DNA from: Abditibacteriaceae bacterium
GTDB taxonomy: Bacteria; Armatimonadota; Abditibacteriia; Abditibacteriales; Abditibacteriaceae
Reading direction: 5' to 3'
Assembly (NCBI GenBank): GCA_965277285.1
Contig: OZ255721.1
Coordinates: forward strand, 480,001-544,000
Length of the DNA stretch: 64,000 nt
In this document: in pieces, positions 59,224 to 64,000 of the stretch
Position numbering within the stretch: the first letter of the stretch is position 1
Layout: the number at the start of each line of letters is the position of its first letter
Translations under genes and position numbers: made by a program
The notes under the pieces: generated by a model
Databases searched by the model: none
What the model was told of the DNA's origin: nothing
The model's input: only the letters and a program-made list of their open reading frames with translations

Positions 59224-60459
59224 ATGAAATTTCTTCACTTTGCCGATGTGCATTTGGGCATGGAAAATTACGGGCGCGTCAATCCGCAAACCGGGCTGAA
59301 CTCGCGCTTTGAAGACGGCTTGAAATGCCTCGCTTTCATCATCGACACCGCGATTGAACGCGAGGTGGACGCGGCGATTTTCGCGGGCGATGCGTATCGC
59401 ACCTGCGACCCCAATCCGACGCACGCTTATGGTTTCGCGCAGCAAATGCGGCGTTTGCGCGACGCCCGAATCCCGCTGATTATGGTTCCTGGCAACCACG
59501 ATATTCCGGTCAGTTTTGGTCGCAAATCGTCGATTGACATCTTCGGCGCGCTGGGCAACGAACTGGTTCACGTCTTAACGCAGCGGCGCATTCACCTGAT
59601 TTCGACCAGGAGCGGCGACTTGCAAATCGCGCCGTTTCCGTGGCCGGTGCGCTCCAATTTGATGACGCAGGACGAACATCGCGGCATGAAAGAAGAAGAG
59701 TTGACGCGCGAAATAGAAAATCTTTCCGCCAAAGCGATTGAAGGTTTGGCCGACGCGGTTGACGCGACTTTACCCGCCGTTTTGGTGGCGCACATCATGG
59801 CCGATAAAGCCGAAACCTCGGGCAGCGAATACTACGCGGCGATCATGCGCGACCCGCGTTTGCACGTCGGAACTCTGGCCAACGAAAAGTTCGATTACGT
59901 CGCGCTGGGACACGTTCACAAGTTTCAAGACCTTAATAAAGGCCAACAGCCGCCAGTTGTTTACACGGGTTCGATGGACAGAATCAATTTTGGCGAAGAA
60001 CGGGATGTCAAAGGTTTTTGCTTGGTCGATATTGCGCAAAAAGGCCACGCGTCTTATGAATTCATCGAAACGCCGACGCGTCCTTTCGTAACGATTCGCT
60101 GTGATATTGCAAGTGGCGAAGAACCGACGAGCGCGATTTTAGAAGCGATTGAACGTTCGAGTACTCAATTGCCAAACGCCGTTGTGCGTGTCGTTTACGA
60201 CCTGGATGAAGAACGTGAAATCGACTTGAACTTGAAGGAAATTCATCGCGCGCTGGACGAAGCATTTCTTGTTGATTCCATTGCGCGCGCACCAAGACAA
60301 GCCGAAGAACGCGCGCGCCGCAGCGACCTGACGGAAAGTTTGGGCTGGCCTGAAGCCCTGGAAAAATACGCCGAATTGCACACCGATTTGAAGCCGCACT
60401 TGAGCGAAATAAAAGCGTGCGCGACACGCATCGAAAGCGAATTGACGCAGGTGAAATAG
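59224..60459 (+). CDS. sbcD: SbcD/Mre11-family nuclease subunit
   Basis: HFADVHLG, FAGD, PGNHD, VAH, YVALGHVH, YTGS. Confidence 0.93.
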   Translation: MKFLHFADVHLGMENYGRVNPQTGLNSRFEDGLKCLAFIIDTAIEREVDAAIFAGDAYRTCDPNPTHAYGFAQQMRRLRDARIPLIMVPGNHDIPVSFGRKSSIDIFGALGNELVHVLTQRRIHLISTRSGDLQIAPFPWPVRSNLMTQDEHRGMKEEELTREIENLSAKAIEGLADAVDATLPAVLVAHIMADKAETSGSEYYAAIMRDPRLHVGTLANEKFDYVALGHVHKFQDLNKGQQPPVVYTGSMDRINFGEERDVKGFCLVDIAQKGHASYEFIETPTRPFVTIRCDIASGEEPTSAILEAIERSSTQLPNAVVRVVYDLDEEREIDLNLKEIHRALDEAFLVDSIARAPRQAEERARRSDLTESLGWPEALEKYAELHTDLKPHLSEIKACATRIESELTQVK

Positions 60460-60500
60460 GCGAAACTTGCGGTAAATTGGTCGAATTGAGGAAAAGTTTC

Positions 60501-60917
60501 GTGAGTCAGCAAACCAAAGGTTCTCTGGAAAGTGCTGTTGCCGATGCCGCCGTGCGTTTTCAGCGCGAGCAGCATGGGCGCGGTGCGGCCAATGTGCGCG
60601 CGCATTTGCTGGGCAATTTGCTCATCGTGCGCTCGACCGGCATCTGGACGCCGGTTGAAGCGCGCTTGACGAACTCGGATGAAGGGCGACGGCTGATTAA
60701 AAGTTCGCGCTACGAATTGCGTTCGCTCAACGGCGAGGAAATGGAAGGTTTGGTGGCGCAAATTGTCGGTTGCGCCGTCACGCATTCGTTTTTCGATGTC
60801 AACGTGCCAGCCGCTGAGCAAATGGAAACCTTTGTCCTGGAAGCCGACATCGAAAAACGCTTGCTGCGCGACGATTTGAATCGCTTAAATCACGGCGATC
60901 TCAAACGCGAACGGTGA
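60501..60917 (+). CDS. DUF2294 (MpsC-like) protein
   Basis: FQREQHGRG...LIVR..G..TPVE..L...EGRRLIK..R; GAGG RBS before GTG 60501. Confidence 0.8.
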   Translation: MSQQTKGSLESAVADAAVRFQREQHGRGAANVRAHLLGNLLIVRSTGIWTPVEARLTNSDEGRRLIKSSRYELRSLNGEEMEGLVAQIVGCAVTHSFFDVNVPAAEQMETFVLEADIEKRLLRDDLNRLNHGDLKRER

Positions 60918-60963
60918 GGCGCGGCGTATCGAGTACTCGAAAGTGAAAGTTGTGATGTAACTC

Positions 60964-61040
60964 AACGAACCCCAAGCGGAAGCGCGGGGGCTGAAGCAGC
61001 AGTTACGTCAGCCCCCGCGCTTCCGCTTGGGGTTCGTTGG
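60964..61040. repeat. REP-like family B copy 3
   Basis: AACGAACCCCAAGCGGAAGCGCGGGG / CCCCGCGCTTCCGCTTGGGGTTCGTT. Confidence 0.85.
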
Positions 61041-61072
61041 TGCAATGTCGCAAAAAATTCTTCTCAATTCTC

Positions 61073-61101
61073 TTGACAAGGCGATGTGAATGCGGTAATT
61101 A
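61073..61101 (+). promoter_or_regulatory. candidate sigma70 promoter of the kdp operon
   Basis: TTGACA-17 bp-TAATTA. Confidence 0.6.
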
Positions 61102-61132
61102 TTCGATTGTCGGGCAAAAATTAAAGATCGAA

Positions 61133-61283
61133 CAGATGCGGTTGCCGCGCTGAAGGGTTCTGGTTCATGTGAAATTTCATGTGACCGGAACAAGTCAGAG
61201 GGGAGGCCAAAGGTTCGCAAAAGTTTCACGCGGTTCATCCGTCGTGGAAGTGATGCGATTTCTTTGGCCTCCCCTTTTTGTTT
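61133..61283 (+). promoter_or_regulatory. structured leader with intrinsic terminator (candidate riboswitch) upstream of kdp
   Basis: GCGG-TTG-CCGC hairpin; CTGA..GTTCTGGT..ACCGGAAC..TCAG hairpin; GGGGAGGCCAAAG/CTTTGGCCTCCCC stem + TTTTTGTTT. Confidence 0.65.
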
Positions 61284-61324
61284 GTCTGGCGCGTTTTGGC
61301 TCAATCGCAACAAGGAGAAAGCGG

Positions 61325-61408
61325 ATGATGGACGTGATTTATCTGGTGCTGGCGGTGTTGTTTTTCGTCGTCGGCGCGGCCTATGTCAAAGGTTGTGAAA
61401 AGCTGTGA
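61325..61408 (+). CDS. small kdp-associated membrane peptide (27 aa)
   Basis: AAGGAG RBS; MMDVIYLVLAVLFFVVGAAYVKGCEKL. Confidence 0.7.
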   Translation: MMDVIYLVLAVLFFVVGAAYVKGCEKL

Positions 61409-61457
61409 GGACACGAGAAAACGACGATTCGAGTACTCGAATTGCGGAGGAGAAGCG

Positions 61458-61544
61458 ATGTTCGACTATGTTTTGAACGGTTTGATTTCCGCGGCGCTGC
61501 TGGCCTATTTGCTGTATGCGCTGCTCAAGCCGGAAAAGTTTTAA
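61458..61544 (+). CDS. kdpF: K+-transporting ATPase subunit F
   Basis: [36 protein letters not shown] with the YL.YALL.PEKF signature. Confidence 0.92.
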   Translation: MFDYVLNGLISAALLAYLLYALLKPEKF

Positions 61545-61605
61545 CGACGGGAAACGACGAGGCCGGAGGAAATTACTTCCGGCAAAGGAACATCCGAGGA
61601 ACACG

Positions 61606-63414
61606 ATGACACCGAACGGGATTTTTCAGATATTGCTATTCTTCGCGCTGATCGTGGCGGCGGCCAAGCCGCTGGGCACGTTCATGGCGAAGGTTTACGA
61701 AGGCGAACGGACGTTTTTGTCGCCGATTATGGGGCCGCTGGAACGCGCTTTCTACAAGATGTTCGGCGTCGATCCGAACGACGACATGCCGTGGACGACC
61801 TACACTTTTGCGGTGCTGGCGTTTAGCCTCGCCGGACTTGTTTTGACCTATGTTTTGCTGCGCGCGCAGGGCGCCTTGCCTTTCAATCCGTTGCACGTCG
61901 GCGCCAAGCAGATGACGCCCGATCTGGCGTTCAACACGGCGGCGAGCTTTACCACCAACACCAACTGGCAGGCGTATTCGCCCGAAGTCACGGTTTCGTA
62001 TTTCTCGAACATGGTCGCGCTGGCGATTCATAACTGGATGTCGGCGGCGGTCGGAATGGCCATTGCAATTGCCGTGGTGCGCGGTTTTGCGCGCCGTTCC
62101 AGCGAAGGCATCGGCAACTTCTGGGCGGATATGACGCGCTCGATTTTGTATATTTTGCTGCCTTTGTCGATCATCGGCGCTTTGTTCATGGTGCAGCAGG
62201 GCGTGCCGCAAAACTTCAATTACACGACGGTCACGACGCTCGAAGGCGCGTCGCAGAACATCATGCAAGGGCCGGTCGCTTCGCAGGAAATCATCAAGAT
62301 GCTGGGCACCAATGGCGGCGGATTTTTCAACGCGAACTCGGCGCATCCCTTTGAAAACCCGACGCCTTTGTCGAACTTGTTCCAGATGTTTCTGATTTTC
62401 CTGATTCCTGGCGCGCTGACTTACACCTTCGGCAAAATGGTCGGCAACACGCGGCAAGGTTGGGCGCTGTTTGGCGCGATGAGCGTGCTGTTTCTGGCGG
62501 GCGTCGGCGTTTGCTACAAGTTTGAGGCGGCGGGCAACCCGCAAACCGCCAAGATGGGCTTGATGACGGACGCTTCGAGTACTCAACCCGGCGGCAATAT
62601 GGAAGGCAAGGAAACGCGCTTCGGCATTGCGAATTCGGCCTTATTTGCGACTGTCACGACCGACGCGTCCTGCGGCGCGGTCAACGCGATGCACGATTCG
62701 TTCACGCCGATGGGCGGCCTGGTTCCGCTGGCCAACATGAAAACCGGCGAAGTTATTTTCGGCGGCGTCGGCGCGGGACTGTACGGCATCTTGATGTATG
62801 CGGTTTTGGGCGTCTTCATCGCGGGCTTGATGGTCGGACGCACTCCCGAATATCTGGGCAAGAAAATCGAGCAATACGAAGTCAAAATGGCGATGCTGGC
62901 GACGCTCGTTTTGGCGGGCTGCACGCTGGGTTTCACCGCTCTTGGCACCAACCTCGATTTGCCCAAAGACGGCGCGATGGGTTCGCTCAATACGTGGCAG
63001 GGCAGCTCCTATGGCGGAACCAATACCAGTTATGGCGCGATGTATAACAACGTCAACAACAACGGGCCGCACGGTCTGTCCGAAGTGTTGTACGCCTACA
63101 CCTCGGCGACCGCTAACAACGGTTCGGCTTTCGCGGGCATCACGGCCAACACGCCAATTTACAACGCGACGATTGGTCTGGCCACCCTCATCGGGCGCTT
63201 TCTGATGATTATCCCGTTGCTGGCGATGGCGGGCAGTCTGGCGCGCAAAAAGTTTGTGCCAGCTTCAGCGGGAACATTGCCGACCGATACCAGCACCTTT
63301 GCGCTGCTGCTGGTCGGCGTGATTATCATCATCGGCGCACTGACGTATTTTCCGGTTTTGTCGCTCGGCCCCATCGTGGAGCATTTGCAGATGGCGGCGG
63401 GAAAATCGTTTTAA
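61606..63414 (+). CDS. kdpA: K+-transporting ATPase subunit A
   Basis: [59 protein letters not shown]. Confidence 0.98.
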   Translation: MTPNGIFQILLFFALIVAAAKPLGTFMAKVYEGERTFLSPIMGPLERAFYKMFGVDPNDDMPWTTYTFAVLAFSLAGLVLTYVLLRAQGALPFNPLHVGAKQMTPDLAFNTAASFTTNTNWQAYSPEVTVSYFSNMVALAIHNWMSAAVGMAIAIAVVRGFARRSSEGIGNFWADMTRSILYILLPLSIIGALFMVQQGVPQNFNYTTVTTLEGASQNIMQGPVASQEIIKMLGTNGGGFFNANSAHPFENPTPLSNLFQMFLIFLIPGALTYTFGKMVGNTRQGWALFGAMSVLFLAGVGVCYKFEAAGNPQTAKMGLMTDASSTQPGGNMEGKETRFGIANSALFATVTTDASCGAVNAMHDSFTPMGGLVPLANMKTGEVIFGGVGAGLYGILMYAVLGVFIAGLMVGRTPEYLGKKIEQYEVKMAMLATLVLAGCTLGFTALGTNLDLPKDGAMGSLNTWQGSSYGGTNTSYGAMYNNVNNNGPHGLSEVLYAYTSATANNGSAFAGITANTPIYNATIGLATLIGRFLMIIPLLAMAGSLARKKFVPASAGTLPTDTSTFALLLVGVIIIIGALTYFPVLSLGPIVEHLQMAAGKSF

Positions 63415-63579
63415 GCCAATCGAGTACTCGAGCCAGCGATTGAAATCGCGGCTGGCGAGCCTGTCGGCTGACTGTCCGCCTACGCGGACATTTGGATGAT
63501 GTCCACGAAGGTGGACAGTTGGCACAAAGCGCCGTTCAGACGCGATTTCAATCGCTGGCATCAATAAAGGAAAACAACA

Positions 63580-64000
63580 ATGGCGACATTTACACCCATG
63601 TCTCCCGAAACAATTCAAACCGCGCCTTCGGATGGCGGTTCGCCGCGCCCTCGCCGTTCCAGTTCGCTGTTCGACCCGAACATCATTCGCCGCGCTCTGG
63701 GCGATGCCGTGCGCAAGCTCGATCCGCGCCAGGTCGCCAAAAATCCGGTCATGTTCGTGGTCGAAATCGGCAGCATCGTGACGACGTTCTACTTCATCAA
63801 AGACCTGATGACGCACGCGCCCGATGTGGCTTTCGTCGGTCAAACCACGATGTGGCTGTGGTTCACGGTTTTGTTCGCCAACTTCGCCGAAGCGATGGCC
63901 GAAGGTCGCGGAAAAGCCCAGGCCGACACCTTGCGCAAGGCCAAAACCGAAACTTCGGCGCGCAAGCTGGCCGAACCCGATGTCAACAGCACGCGCGAGG
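63580..64000 (+). CDS. kdpB: K+-transporting ATPase subunit B (runs off the window)
   Basis: KLDPRQVAKNPVMFVVEIG...WLWFTVLFANFAEAMAEGRGKAQA read from the sequence; AAGG RBS. Confidence 0.96.
   Translation, partial: MATFTPMSPETIQTAPSDGGSPRPRRSSSLFDPNIIRRALGDAVRKLDPRQVAKNPVMFVVEIGSIVTTFYFIKDLMTHAPDVAFVGQTTMWLWFTVLFANFAEAMAEGRGKAQADTLRKAKTETSARKLAEPDVNSTRE

Larger units (their letters stand above)
714..63431. repeat. dispersed highly iterated 12-bp palindrome TCGAGTACTCGA
   Basis: perfect copies start at about 714, 1493, 1898, 2830, 3843, 4011, 4396, 6600, 7533, 10155, 11345, 12224, 14370, 14941, 15874, 16358, 18239, 19147, 19697, 22219, 23307, 24137, 26005, 26296, 26979, 27310, 31791, 32276, 33420, 34955, 36720, 37610, 38493, 39465, 41004, 42402, 44104, 44553, 45238, 46001, 47400, 48164, 49009, 50182, 50700, 51743, 52621, 55022, 55830, 56085, 56736, 58216, 59162, 60929, 61429, 63420. 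Confidence 0.98.

Noticed and set aside
714..63431. CRISPR array interpretation of the recurring palindrome
   Set aside because: The unit is only 12-14 bp, spacing is irregular (0.15-4 kb), copies lie inside intact genes, and there are no cas genes.

Overview
Bacterial chromosomal window, GC-rich overall with several AT-richer islands. Gene style (SSB ending DPFADQ, long signal-peptide proteins, DUF1800/DUF1501 pair) suggests Armatimonadota/Abditibacteriota, but this is inference only. Gene content is mostly housekeeping and accessory: rpsF-ssb-rpsR, mfd, polX, ychF, purE-purK, dacB, smpB, an N-terminal-half carB, tat, moeA, hemD, feoA-feoA-feoB, larE, namZ, splB, sbcD, kdpFAB'. The dominant unexplained signal is a 12-bp palindrome, TCGAGTACTCGA (usually W-TCGAGTACTCGA-W). 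I counted about 56 perfect and about 15 near-perfect copies by eye, roughly one per kb. It lies inside genes in all three frames, at the centre of intergenic hairpins and next to start codons, and is largely missing from foreign-looking DNA. It resembles HIP1 or DNA-uptake sequences in behaviour, but I do not recognise the sequence. Other notable items: an integron cassette array with 4 complete attC sites plus 1 truncated and no integrase (CALIN) behind mfd, at least six families of REP/MITE-like inverted repeats, a riboswitch-like terminated leader before kdp, a PolX lacking its catalytic aspartates, and a cleanly split CarB. All counts and family assignments were made by eye and no searches were run.
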